Positions 9,019-18,571 of a stretch of 51,256 bases of DNA are shown piece after piece; position 1 is the first letter of the stretch, and every line of letters starts with the position of its first letter. The stretch is from Nitrospirota bacterium. Its GTDB lineage: Bacteria; Nitrospirota; Thermodesulfovibrionia; Thermodesulfovibrionales; Dissulfurispiraceae. The notes beneath the pieces were generated by a model, which saw only the letters and a program-made list of their open reading frames with translations, was not told the origin of the DNA and searched no databases. The translations under genes were made by a program, and so were the position numbers. Where the stretch lies: NCBI GenBank assembly GCA_040758355.1, contig JBFLWF010000019.1, positions 1 to 51,256 on the forward strand, given 5' to 3'.

Positions 9019-11142
9019 TCACTTCGTCTTTGCCACATACACGCCGTCCCAGTCGAGATCGGGAGGGTTTTCGATAAACTCGGCGCATCTCTCGGCGAAT
9101 ACGCCGGCTGTCTTGTCGCCGTGTTCGGATTCGAGACTTTCGAATATCTGTTTTGCCTCTTTAAACTGCTGTTTTCTGTAAAGCGCCAGCGCCTCTTCAA
9201 ACTTCTTGGCAACTGCGCTGTCCATCGCTGCCGAGAGTTCATAAATAGTTACCGGCTTATCCTTTCCCTTAACCTTTATAAAATCCAGTTCCCTGAATCT
9301 CATTCCAACGGAGAATTGCTGCAAAAGGCCGAGAGACTTGAGCTTGTCGAGCGTAAATTCGGTAAAAATTATATGAGTCTTGTAAATCTTGTTCATGCCT
9401 TCAAGCCGAGAAGATAGGTTTACGGTATCGCCCATCGCCGTATAGTCGAACCTCACGTCCGTTCCCATATTGCCGACGATCACATCTCCGGTGTTTATGC
9501 CGATGCCGATATCCACTTCAGGCAGTCCGTTTGCCTTAAAATCCACATTAAGGTCTTTCAGTTTATCCATCATGACAAGTGCGCTCCTGCATGCCTGAAG
9601 GGGATGGTCTTCAACATCGAGAGGCGCGTTATATAAGGCCATTATGGCGTCGCCGATATATTTATCGAGAGTGCCTCTATGCTGCAAGACTATATCCGTC
9701 ATCGGCCCCAGATACTGATTAAGCAAATGCACAAGGGCTTCAGGAGTAAGTTTTTCAGAAATAGTAGTGAAGCCCCTTATATCCGAAAACAAAACCGTTA
9801 TATTCCTTTTCTCGCCCCCAAGTTTAAGCATATCCGGGTTTTTCATTATCTCCCCGACAAGGGCGGGAGACACATAACTCGTAAACGCCTTTTTGAGAAA
9901 CCTGCTCTGCTTCTCCTCTATGAGATTCCTGTATGCCTCTGAGCCGAAATAAGATAATGTGGTAGAAATCAACGGGAACAATACAGATGTGTTCAAAGGA
10001 TAAAATTTGAAGGTAAAATGGTTTGTAATGTAATACAGTCCGAGAGTTGTTAGGAAAAGTAAAAGTGCGAATAGTGTCCTCCTGACAAAACTTAGGGATG
10101 TGGTGAGTATGAGGGTAAAGACTATAATAAAAACAATGTCCAATGCTATTACCCTGCCGTCCCTTATTAAAAGTCTTTTCTGAAGGGCATTGGATACAAC
10201 TGTTGCATGCACTTCAACGCCTGGAAGCACCGGATCAACAGGTGTTGCACGCAGATCGGAGAGTCCGACCTCTGTTGCCCCGATAAAGATAAGGGAATCC
10301 TTCAGTTCACCGGGCTTAAGTCTTTTTTTGATAATATCCACTGCAGGTATTGCCCTGAATATACCCTGCTTGCCGTAATAATTAAGGGTAAGTCTTCCTG
10401 ATTCGTCGCATGGTATGCGATATTTTCCTATGAGGAGATTATCCACACCGTAATTGGCAATCTCAAGGACTATCTCGCTTCCCATGTAATGCCTCAATGC
10501 TGCAAGTGGCAAAGAAGGATAGACATAACCGTCATAAAGCATCAAAATATTAGCCGACCTTAAAATACCATCGCTGTCCGGAATGATGTTGAAATAACCA
10601 GAACTGCGCGCAGATTGTGCAATAACAGGTATATTCAGTTCAACAACCGGGTAACTGTGGACAGGCACTTCAGCGACATTGCCTGTTGTCTTAACAATCT
10701 TTATCCTCGCATCCTCAAGCAGCATGAGCGATTCTTTTGAAGGAGGCTCGCCCTCTGACCTGAAGAAATATCCGAGTATCGCATTTTTATTTTTTTGAAG
10801 TGCGTCTGATAATGCCTTATCTGATGTTGGATCGGATGGCTCTGAAAAGATGATATCAAAGGCAATAGTCTTTGCGCCGTAGAGATTAAGGTTTTCGATC
10901 AGTTGTGCTATTGTCTTTCTATCCCACGGCCATCTGCCGAGTTCATTGATGCTCTTTTCATCTATGGCGACGATAACAACCCGCTTGTCAGGCTCTATAT
11001 TTCCCCTTGTCCTGAACCTTACATCCTTGAGCTTAAGGTCAAGAGAACTGAAGAAGTCTGTCTTCTGTGCATATAAAACAACTGCGAGGACAACGGATGC
11101 AATGCCTATTGCCGTAAATATAAAAAATCTGTGCGCCTTCAT
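9019..11142 (-). CDS. CHASE2-domain membrane adenylate cyclase (class III)
   Basis: IDEKSI..LGRWPW and PGVEVHA CHASE2 motifs, three TM helices, FSDIRGFT, DKYIGDAIMA, GDTVNLSSRLE. Confidence 0.93.
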   Translation of the reverse strand: MKAHRFFIFTAIGIASVVLAVVLYAQKTDFFSSLDLKLKDVRFRTRGNIEPDKRVVIVAIDEKSINELGRWPWDRKTIAQLIENLNLYGAKTIAFDIIFSEPSDPTSDKALSDALQKNKNAILGYFFRSEGEPPSKESLMLLEDARIKIVKTTGNVAEVPVHSYPVVELNIPVIAQSARSSGYFNIIPDSDGILRSANILMLYDGYVYPSLPLAALRHYMGSEIVLEIANYGVDNLLIGKYRIPCDESGRLTLNYYGKQGIFRAIPAVDIIKKRLKPGELKDSLIFIGATEVGLSDLRATPVDPVLPGVEVHATVVSNALQKRLLIRDGRVIALDIVFIIVFTLILTTSLSFVRRTLFALLLFLTTLGLYYITNHFTFKFYPLNTSVLFPLISTTLSYFGSEAYRNLIEEKQSRFLKKAFTSYVSPALVGEIMKNPDMLKLGGEKRNITVLFSDIRGFTTISEKLTPEALVHLLNQYLGPMTDIVLQHRGTLDKYIGDAIMALYNAPLDVEDHPLQACRSALVMMDKLKDLNVDFKANGLPEVDIGIGINTGDVIVGNMGTDVRFDYTAMGDTVNLSSRLEGMNKIYKTHIIFTEFTLDKLKSLGLLQQFSVGMRFRELDFIKVKGKDKPVTIYELSAAMDSAVAKKFEEALALYRKQQFKEAKQIFESLESEHGDKTAGVFAERCAEFIENPPDLDWDGVYVAKTK

Positions 11143-14033
11143 TATTTCCTGACAGCCACAGGAAAATCGGGCACTGTATTGGGCTTTGTTGTTGTCGGGG
11201 TCTGTCTTCCCTTTGTCAGTTCCTTAACCCTCTCCGAAAGATACAGGTCGAGCATGTTTATGGTTATCTTCCCCTTGCCTGTGTAATCCGCTTTTCCGCT
11301 TATTCCTTCGACCAGCGCCTTGGTGAATGCTCCGTTGTTCCATACAGGGTCTTCGAGGGAGTATTGCTTGCCCGTGGATGATGCAAAGACAACAGCACCG
11401 TTTTCTGCACTGGCAAGCTCATTCACAATACCCGATATATCGGCCACTCCCCTCCTCGTGCCCATTATATTGCCAGAATGGCAGGTATCTACAAAGAGGA
11501 TTGTCTTTCCTGCCAGAGACGATAGTGTATTTTTAATATCCGAAAAGGCCACACCTGTTCTCTTCAACTTTTCAGTGTTTGCATTCACTGGCAGGAAGTA
11601 ATACACACCGCTCTGGTCATTCACACCATGTCCTGCCAAAAAGACCATTGCCACATCTTTGCTTGTTGTCTCTTTTGCAAGCCAGTCGAGTCCGTCCAGT
11701 ATCTCATCCTTTGATGCCTTTTCATCGGTAATGACTTTTACTACTACTTCCCTATACAATCCGTTTTTTTGCCTCTGCAGCGTACTTGCAAAATCCCTTG
11801 CATCCTTTGCAGCAAAAGCGAGGGCAAGGCTTTTATCTTCGTATTTACTGACACCGATGGCCAGGACATAGAGCTTTGGCTTGATGACAAACTCATCCCT
11901 TTTTGCCCCCTTCCACTTTACCCGTACGGTAGCAGGCTCGCTAACAGCAAACCTGTTCTCGGCGATAATGGAGATATCCGAATCCCTTTCCGGAACAGGG
12001 ACCCTTATCTCATCAACATCCCTTTCCTTACCTACTATCTTAACGCTGCGCTCCGTTGAAACCGGCCTCCCATCCACCAGCGCCTTCAAGCCTGTTACAG
12101 GTTCTCCTGACGGGGTGCGGATGCTGAATTTAACCGTAACTTCATGTGTGGAAACCTCTGTTCCGTCTACAGGACTGACAATAGTTACTATAGGAGGAAG
12201 CATTTTCTGGATAGTTATATCCTGTTTCCTTCTACCCGACTCTTCATTGGCAAGTCTGACAGCCTCATTCTCATCCATAGTCTCAAAGACCTTTGCAACA
12301 ACATCAGGTCGATAGTATGTGGATCTGAACCGGGAGATGGGGAAGGAATCAGAGGCAGCATCCTTTCCATTGTTTATGTGCCAGCCTATTATCTCATCTG
12401 CACCCGGTGATGCGTCATAATAACCTGACGGCGTCCATATAACCCATCTCTTTTTGTCATTATGGGGAAACAGTGCCAGAACTTCCTTTCCATCCCTCAG
12501 CCTGTACCATCTTATTGTTCCGTCTCCAAAGGCTCCGACTGCTAACTTTCCATCGCCAGATATGTTCACGCTCCATGCAATGCCTGGAGCCGGAACCTTC
12601 CATTTCACATTTCCATACCTGTCAAACAGGCGGAGATACCACTCTGCTCCCAGAAGGAACGTCTGATTGTCTGGAGAAATGGCAACACTGCGGGACATCT
12701 CATATTGATCAAGTTTTAATGCCGTGCCGTTTACCTTCGGATTATAGGTATTTTTCCAATCCGTAATAGTGAGACCTATTGCTGATGTTATAGGAGGATT
12801 TAAAATTTGCGATTTCAAAATGGAGCCCGAAGATTCCTGATTTAGTTCAAGAAGGCGGTCCGGCACGGAGAAGCGAGCAGGCGACCTTCCAAATACTTCA
12901 TAGCCAAACTGCACTGCAGATGCGTTATAAGATACAAGGAATCCTTCATGATTATCCCTGTGGTCTGCAATAGCAGGGCTTTTATATATTGCCCTTCTAT
13001 CGTATGCATCAAATACACCGAATGCAGGGTCATGGGAGCAAAATACAATGCCCCCGTATCTCAACGGAAGAATCTGCAGAATAGTGCTCTGAGTTGCAGA
13101 TAAATCAACGTACCTTCCCTTTCCTCCATCTGTCCATTTGCGGATGGGACGGTTGTTTAAGGCACTGCTCCAGTAAATCCCGCCCGCATAAAGGAACCTT
13201 CCATCCTGAGACCATGATACAGCTACCATATTGCCATTGGTGACTCCGCCGGAATCGGGCGAATAAAGATATGAAAGATCTCTACCCGATAAGACATCCA
13301 CCTTTGTTGAGTCATCGAGACCAACAGCTATTTTCGAACCATCGGGTGAAAAACTGATACCGTAAGGCTTGTTGCCGTTGGGCGCCCTCTTTTTTACAAT
13401 CAACCTGAAATTATTGTCATAGAGGCGGATATAACCATCCCACGATGTTGTTACGAGCTTGCCGTACATATCGAAATCAGCGCCGTAGCTGTCGCTGCCG
13501 TAATCCCTATCCTCCGCAGCAAGTGAATAGTCGGATGTACGGTAAACCCTTATGCCGTTATTGCCCCAAAGCCCGGCAACAATGTACATTCCGTCCTTAG
13601 AATAAGCGAGACTGAAAACAGTGGAAGACAGTCCGCTTATCCTTTTTATAAGTCTTCCGCTCTCACGGTCGAAGAAATAGATGGATGCATACATGTCATC
13701 CCAGTTCTGTCCTGTCCAGCCTGCACAGGCAATAGTCCTTCCGTCAGGGGACATTGCTATCGCAAATATCATTCCCTCATTCCCGTCACCTATGGGAGGC
13801 CTGATTATCTTTAAAAGCCTTCCTGTTGATAATTCCCACACGCGGACTGTCTTGTCGTTTGAGCCTGTAACAAGATAGCGATTCTCGGCATCTACGCCGA
13901 TCCTCTTTATGACAGAAGTATGCATGCCTGTCTCTATTTTCAGGATCGGCTCTCTCGGCGGCTCGCCTGCATAAACTCCATTCTTCAGAAAGAAAACAAA
14001 AAATATAATGGCTAAATAAAATACCCTTTTCAT
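11142..14033 (-). CDS. Exported WD40-repeat, Ig-like and caspase (C14) domain protein
   Basis: Signal peptide, WD repeats, LAGHG and VDTCHSG dyad. Confidence 0.9.
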   Translation of the reverse strand: MKRVFYLAIIFFVFFLKNGVYAGEPPREPILKIETGMHTSVIKRIGVDAENRYLVTGSNDKTVRVWELSTGRLLKIIRPPIGDGNEGMIFAIAMSPDGRTIACAGWTGQNWDDMYASIYFFDRESGRLIKRISGLSSTVFSLAYSKDGMYIVAGLWGNNGIRVYRTSDYSLAAEDRDYGSDSYGADFDMYGKLVTTSWDGYIRLYDNNFRLIVKKRAPNGNKPYGISFSPDGSKIAVGLDDSTKVDVLSGRDLSYLYSPDSGGVTNGNMVAVSWSQDGRFLYAGGIYWSSALNNRPIRKWTDGGKGRYVDLSATQSTILQILPLRYGGIVFCSHDPAFGVFDAYDRRAIYKSPAIADHRDNHEGFLVSYNASAVQFGYEVFGRSPARFSVPDRLLELNQESSGSILKSQILNPPITSAIGLTITDWKNTYNPKVNGTALKLDQYEMSRSVAISPDNQTFLLGAEWYLRLFDRYGNVKWKVPAPGIAWSVNISGDGKLAVGAFGDGTIRWYRLRDGKEVLALFPHNDKKRWVIWTPSGYYDASPGADEIIGWHINNGKDAASDSFPISRFRSTYYRPDVVAKVFETMDENEAVRLANEESGRRKQDITIQKMLPPIVTIVSPVDGTEVSTHEVTVKFSIRTPSGEPVTGLKALVDGRPVSTERSVKIVGKERDVDEIRVPVPERDSDISIIAENRFAVSEPATVRVKWKGAKRDEFVIKPKLYVLAIGVSKYEDKSLALAFAAKDARDFASTLQRQKNGLYREVVVKVITDEKASKDEILDGLDWLAKETTSKDVAMVFLAGHGVNDQSGVYYFLPVNANTEKLKRTGVAFSDIKNTLSSLAGKTILFVDTCHSGNIMGTRRGVADISGIVNELASAENGAVVFASSTGKQYSLEDPVWNNGAFTKALVEGISGKADYTGKGKITINMLDLYLSERVKELTKGRQTPTTTKPNTVPDFPVAVRK

Positions 14034-14926
14034 TTCTTATGCCCCCCTGTTTTCAGTGTCGTTCCACCCTCAAAAAACTCGGATGCCGAAGATCCCTTGT
14101 TTCCGAATTTTTCTTTCAGCTTAACACCCCTTGTCCTGTCTCCGATATCGGCATGTCTCGTCTTTACCTGATAAACTCCACCCATGTCCTCAACATTTAT
14201 ATCTCCGAGCACAGACGTGCTCGAATACACGAAAACGTTTTCTTCACCAAAAGGAGGGCTGACCTCCAGTTCAAACCTGTCATTGCCTGAGGGTATTTCA
14301 TAGATTGCGCCTCCACTGAAGTAATTGTCCTTCCTGTAAGGATTCGGCAGCAGTTGCAGCAATTCTCCTTTAACATCCTTGTACAGGACAATGGCATAAA
14401 ACGGCTTGTTGCCTTTGATGTATATCTTTATCTTATCTCCGCTCGCATACTCCTTTTTATCTGTCCAGACCTGAACCTGCAAAGGCGCAGATGGGTCATC
14501 GGTTGTCTGTTTGCTTTTTGAAAGCATATCCATTGCCTTTTCATCGGGCATCACCTCTGCCTTTATCTTTATTTTAAAGCAATCTCCGAGGGACTGGTCT
14601 TTATACCATCCTTTCTCCATCTCCTGAATAATCCTCACTGTCGCATTGGCATAGGCCGATACCAGGTCCTTTTCAAGTTCAAGGTCTTTAATATGGGTCT
14701 CGCTCTTTATATAAGTCGATACCTGCTCTATCGCCTTTCTCTTTGCATCGGCCATTGCAGCCTGCTCTGTCTGCTTTCTCGATTTATCCTCGCCCATGCA
14801 AGCATAGCCTTCGGATTCGGTGATGGTGGATTGCGCTGAATGGGCAGTATTAACAAAAAACGCAAAAATAATAAAGAGCGATAAAATATAAATTTTCATT
14901 CTCCCCCCTTCATAACTAAAAATCAT
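14030..14926 (-). CDS. Exported DUF4384-domain protein (likely start MKIYIL, 9 codons in)
   Basis: Signal peptide, VWTDKKEY..GD.I.I, LLPN, FELEVSPPFGEE. Confidence 0.8.
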   Translation of the reverse strand: MIFSYEGGRMKIYILSLFIIFAFFVNTAHSAQSTITESEGYACMGEDKSRKQTEQAAMADAKRKAIEQVSTYIKSETHIKDLELEKDLVSAYANATVRIIQEMEKGWYKDQSLGDCFKIKIKAEVMPDEKAMDMLSKSKQTTDDPSAPLQVQVWTDKKEYASGDKIKIYIKGNKPFYAIVLYKDVKGELLQLLPNPYRKDNYFSGGAIYEIPSGNDRFELEVSPPFGEENVFVYSSTSVLGDINVEDMGGVYQVKTRHADIGDRTRGVKLKEKFGNKGSSASEFFEGGTTLKTGGHKK

Positions 14927-15978
14927 TTATCTAAAATATTCAGTATCGTCTCCACGCTCCTTATATGTTTGCCTGCCGGATATTCCTTCTTATACTGCAG
15001 GAGTTTCTCCTTTGCCTGCTCTTTGAGGCCAAGTTCATATAAGGTCATACCTGCGAGATAAAGTGCTGTCTCTCTTTGTGGAACTATTGGATATGTTTCT
15101 ATCACTAATAGATACTCTGCCAGCGCAGCCTCTGGATTTCTTAAAAATCTCGAATATACTGCCCCTCTCTCCAGTCTCGCATCGCTCCTGATCTCAGGTA
15201 AATTTGTTAGGTCAAGGGCTATCTGGAATACATAGAGTGCATCTTCATACTTCCCTGCATCTGCGAGGTAATGTCCGTAGTTTATATTCCACCGCGCAAT
15301 AATATTGGGCAAATTGCCTGAAATCTCCCAGTCCTTTGGAGGCTCTGCTGCTGTTATAGCTTCAAAATCCTTTTTAGCAGTATAAAGCGGGGTGTCAGGC
15401 TCGACTTTAACAGGGTCTGTCGGCGTATAGCTCCTTGTATTCTGTACCATTGTATCGACACTTAGGGGTTTCGAAGGAGTTGTATCGCCTGAAATCTCCA
15501 CCTGTCCTTCGTTTCCGAAGAACACATTGGCAAATCCATGCGTCATCATCATGAACTCGGTGCCTTTAATTCCAGCAACTGCTGTGGGACTCTTTATCTT
15601 ATAATTTACCTTCTCTCCTGCAAGCCGCGTAACAGATGCCCTCAGTTTGCCCTGCGCAACATTGAATATCCCATCTTTTTTTTCTTTGCTCACAATGAAT
15701 TCTGTTATCTCCATCTCCGTATTATTTGCCAGAGTAAGTCTGCTGTTGTCAGACAACAATAAAACAGTCCAACCATCAGCACCGGTCTTTATCCAGTTGC
15801 CTTTTTCCAATGCCATACCCTTTTCAGCCTTTTGATAGATGGCACTGCTTTTTTCTTTGTATAAGACACTCCCGCTCATTTCCGATATCCTGCCGACAGG
15901 AGCACCCTCGCCCTCGCTGTATGAATAAAATATAAAAAAAGCCAGGAATATAACGATAATAAAAACAATCCGTTTCAT
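14923..15978 (-). CDS. Exported FecR-domain and TPR protein
   Basis: IKTGADG, L.DNS.L.L..NT, SPTAVAGIKGTEF; C-terminal TPRs. Confidence 0.85.
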   Translation of the reverse strand: MKRIVFIIVIFLAFFIFYSYSEGEGAPVGRISEMSGSVLYKEKSSAIYQKAEKGMALEKGNWIKTGADGWTVLLLSDNSRLTLANNTEMEITEFIVSKEKKDGIFNVAQGKLRASVTRLAGEKVNYKIKSPTAVAGIKGTEFMMMTHGFANVFFGNEGQVEISGDTTPSKPLSVDTMVQNTRSYTPTDPVKVEPDTPLYTAKKDFEAITAAEPPKDWEISGNLPNIIARWNINYGHYLADAGKYEDALYVFQIALDLTNLPEIRSDARLERGAVYSRFLRNPEAALAEYLLVIETYPIVPQRETALYLAGMTLYELGLKEQAKEKLLQYKKEYPAGKHIRSVETILNILDK

Positions 15979-16097
15979 ATTAAAAACCTCCGGAACTTTT
16001 TATAGCAGCGATAAATTTTATAGCTTTATTATTACCTAATTGATTAAAAAGTCAAGGGAAAATTACCCAGAGGAGATTTGGAAGATTCAGGAAAACA

Positions 16098-16130
16098 AAA
16101 AGCCGGGAAAGGGATTCGAACCCTCGACCT
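16098..16130 (-). repeat. 33-bp direct repeat of the tRNA-Thr 3' end (att-like site)
   Basis: AAAAGCCGGGAAAGGGATTCGAACCCTCGACCT is identical to 16621..16653. Confidence 0.9.
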
Positions 16131-16204
16131 AAATATTCTGCTTTGCTATCGAATCCTTGATTATCAAGGGTCTGATTCCTGAAAGTTGAATGTTTTCTCA
16201 TAAA

Positions 16205-16414
16205 TTATACTGCCACATATTCCGCAAAAGATTGTGATTCAGGGATTGGCAGATTATCTTCTAATAGCCCTTCTATATGCATTTTAATAGCCTCATGCAT
16301 ATTTTTTTCCGCTTCTTCACGAGTTGCGCCAGTTGCCACACAACCCGGCAAATCCGGCGAATACGCAGAATAATTATTTTCTGCTTTTTCTATAACAATA
16401 AGGAAACGATGCAT
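16205..16414 (-). CDS. hicB: HicB-family antitoxin
   Basis: YSAYSPDLPGCVATGATREEA motif; lies directly after hicA. Confidence 0.9.
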   Translation of the reverse strand: MHRFLIVIEKAENNYSAYSPDLPGCVATGATREEAEKNMHEAIKMHIEGLLEDNLPIPESQSFAEYVAV

Positions 16415-16415
16415 T

Positions 16416-16610
16416 TTACTTTACCTCCTTTAATTTTGCCTGTTTTAGAATACTATTAAGAGTACCTTGAGCCAAGTCATCACCGAGATGATCGGCAATG
16501 GTTACCCTTCCCGGTTTTGTTGGATGTTTATATTGCCTATGGCTGCCTCTTGTAACAACCAAATACCATCCATCAGCCTCTATAAGTTTAATAATATCAC
16601 GGACTTTCAT
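16416..16610 (-). CDS. hicA: HicA-family mRNA interferase toxin
   Basis: DGW..V.TRGSHRQYKHP.KPGRVTI, GTL.SILKQA. Confidence 0.92.
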   Translation of the reverse strand: MKVRDIIKLIEADGWYLVVTRGSHRQYKHPTKPGRVTIADHLGDDLAQGTLNSILKQAKLKEVK

Positions 16611-16623
16611 ATGTTAGTTTAAA

Positions 16624-16695
16624 AGCCGGGAAAGGGATTCGAACCCTCGACCTGCTGATTACGAATCAGCTGCACTACCACTGTGCTATCCCGGC
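16624..16695 (-). tRNA. tRNA-Thr (anticodon CGT), CCA not encoded
   Basis: Cloverleaf GCCGGGA...TCCCGGC, anticodon arm GCTGA-TTCGTAA-TCAGC, GGTTCGAATCC T-loop. Confidence 0.95.
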
Positions 16696-16700
16696 AACTA

Positions 16701-17264
16701 TTACAGTTTATCAAATTCCTGCTTGAAATAGCCAAGTGTAAGGTCATCAAAGATGCAGAATTCCACTATTTCAAGGGAAGTGTCTTTATGCTCCTGCAAA
16801 AATTCCTTTGCTTCATTTACGAGTATCTTTGCGCATCTGTCCTTTGGAAATCCAAATATCCCCGAGCTTATGGCAGGCATGGATATGCTTTTAAGCCCTT
16901 TTTCCGACGCAAGCTTCAGGCTGTTTATCACTGCGTTTTTCAATTTATTGTCTTCGTCACCTTCTCCCATCCTCGGCCCGACTGCGTGAATCACGAACTT
17001 TGCAGGTAGTTTCCCGGCAGTGGTAATAGCTGCATTTCCCACAGGAACAAAGCCTATTTTATCGCTTTCATCCTGTATGATTTGTCCGCCTTTTCTCACA
17101 ATAGCGCCTGCAACACCGCCCCCGTGCTGTAGATGTGAGTTGGCAGCATTCACAATGGCATCCACATCGCGCTCTGTAATGTCTCCCAGAACAAGCCTCA
17201 AAATTTTATTGTTGATCTTATGTTCAGAAACAATTTTCATAGCATCCTCCGTTGAATTGGACAT
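16701..17264 (-). CDS. Macrodomain protein (ADP-ribose / O-acetyl-ADP-ribose hydrolase, YmdB-like)
   Basis: GDIT..VDAIVNAAN..L.HGGGVAGAI, VIHAVGP, PAISSGIFGFP. Confidence 0.92.
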   Translation of the reverse strand: MSNSTEDAMKIVSEHKINNKILRLVLGDITERDVDAIVNAANSHLQHGGGVAGAIVRKGGQIIQDESDKIGFVPVGNAAITTAGKLPAKFVIHAVGPRMGEGDEDNKLKNAVINSLKLASEKGLKSISMPAISSGIFGFPKDRCAKILVNEAKEFLQEHKDTSLEIVEFCIFDDLTLGYFKQEFDKL

Positions 17265-17346
17265 TAAAAGTATAACCCAATAAATTTACTGAACTCAACA
17301 AACAAAAACCTTTTCAGCAATATTATCAAAAGTGTAAAATACCCTC

Positions 17347-18558
17347 ATGCCTGAGCATAAAAAGATAGCCTATTTCGACTGTTTCGCAGGTATAAGCGGC
17401 GATATGTGCCTCGGTGCGCTTGTGGATGCCGGAGTGAATTTATCGGACATAAAAATGGGCCTCAAAAAACTCCCTATTCAAAATTACAGTCTCACATCAA
17501 AGAAGGTTTTAAGAGGCGGTATTTCTGCAACAAAGGTGGATGTGATACTAAAGCGGTCAGCAATCAGCGATCAGCAGTCAGCAGCTAAAAAATGGAAAGA
17601 TATAAAAAAGATTATTGAAGCATCTGCTCTGCCTGACAAGATAAAGCAAAAGGGTCTGCACATCTTTAAGAAGCTCTTCGAGGCAGAGGCAAGGGTTCAC
17701 GGCGAGCCATTTGATAAAGTCCACCTACATGAATTAGGCGGCATTGACTGCCTTGTGGATATATTCGGGGCACTGATAGGCCTTGATATTCTCGGAATAA
17801 AGAAAATATATGTTTCATCCATAAATCTCGGAAGCGGCAGTGTGAAAACCGAGCACGGCATACTTCCTGTACCAGCGCCTGCCACCGCAGAACTCCTGAA
17901 AGGTTATCCTGTTTATTCGTCAGAAATTCCTTTTGAGCTTACAACACCTACAGGGGCCGCCATTATATCGGGCATGAATGCAGATCCTTACAGTCTTTCA
18001 AAAGTCACGATAGAGAAGATCGGATACGGCGCAGGGAACAAAGATATTGCCAATATGTCCAATACTTTGAGAATACTAATCGGCAAAGAGGCAAATGCAG
18101 GCGGTTCCGAAGAATTTGTAACAGTCATTGAAACAAATATCGATGACATGAACCCACAGTTTTATGAGCACGTTATGGAAAGGCTTTTTAAGGCAGGAGC
18201 CCACGATGTATTTTTAGAAAATATCATAATGAAGAAAGGCAGGCCGGCTGTAAAGCTTACAGTTATTTCAGAGGAGGGCGATATTGAGAATCTCTCGAAT
18301 ATATTATTTAAGGAGACAACCACAATCGGACTCAGGTTTTATAAGGCACATAGAAACACTTTGAGCAGGGAGATTAAAAAGATAAAGACAAAATACGGAG
18401 ATGTGAGGGTAAAAGTGTCTTCATTAAAAGGCAATATAGTCAATATTTCTCCTGAATATGAAGATTTAAAGGCCATAGCAAAAGAAACAAAAATACCTAT
18501 TAAAAAAATTGCAGAAGAGGTCTTATCATGCAAAGCCATAGGGCAGGCAGGTGAATGA
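17347..18558 (+). CDS. larC: Nickel pincer cofactor biosynthesis protein LarC
   Basis: DCFAGISGDM.LGAL, AEA.VHG, HE.G..D, PVPAPAT, TPTGAA, ETNIDD, ETTTIG.R, PEYED. Confidence 0.92.
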   Translation: MPEHKKIAYFDCFAGISGDMCLGALVDAGVNLSDIKMGLKKLPIQNYSLTSKKVLRGGISATKVDVILKRSAISDQQSAAKKWKDIKKIIEASALPDKIKQKGLHIFKKLFEAEARVHGEPFDKVHLHELGGIDCLVDIFGALIGLDILGIKKIYVSSINLGSGSVKTEHGILPVPAPATAELLKGYPVYSSEIPFELTTPTGAAIISGMNADPYSLSKVTIEKIGYGAGNKDIANMSNTLRILIGKEANAGGSEEFVTVIETNIDDMNPQFYEHVMERLFKAGAHDVFLENIIMKKGRPAVKLTVISEEGDIENLSNILFKETTTIGLRFYKAHRNTLSREIKKIKTKYGDVRVKVSSLKGNIVNISPEYEDLKAIAKETKIPIKKIAEEVLSCKAIGQAGE

Positions 18559-18567
18559 GCCTGCCTG
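18544..18567. repeat. CAGGCAGG-N8-CCTGCCTG REP-like hairpin over the larC stop codon
   Basis: Perfect 8-bp stem. Confidence 0.5.
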
Positions 18568-18571
18568 ACTT

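Noticed and set aside
16098..16130. Second tRNA gene
   Set aside because: Only the T-arm and 3' acceptor strand are present; it is an att-like duplicate.
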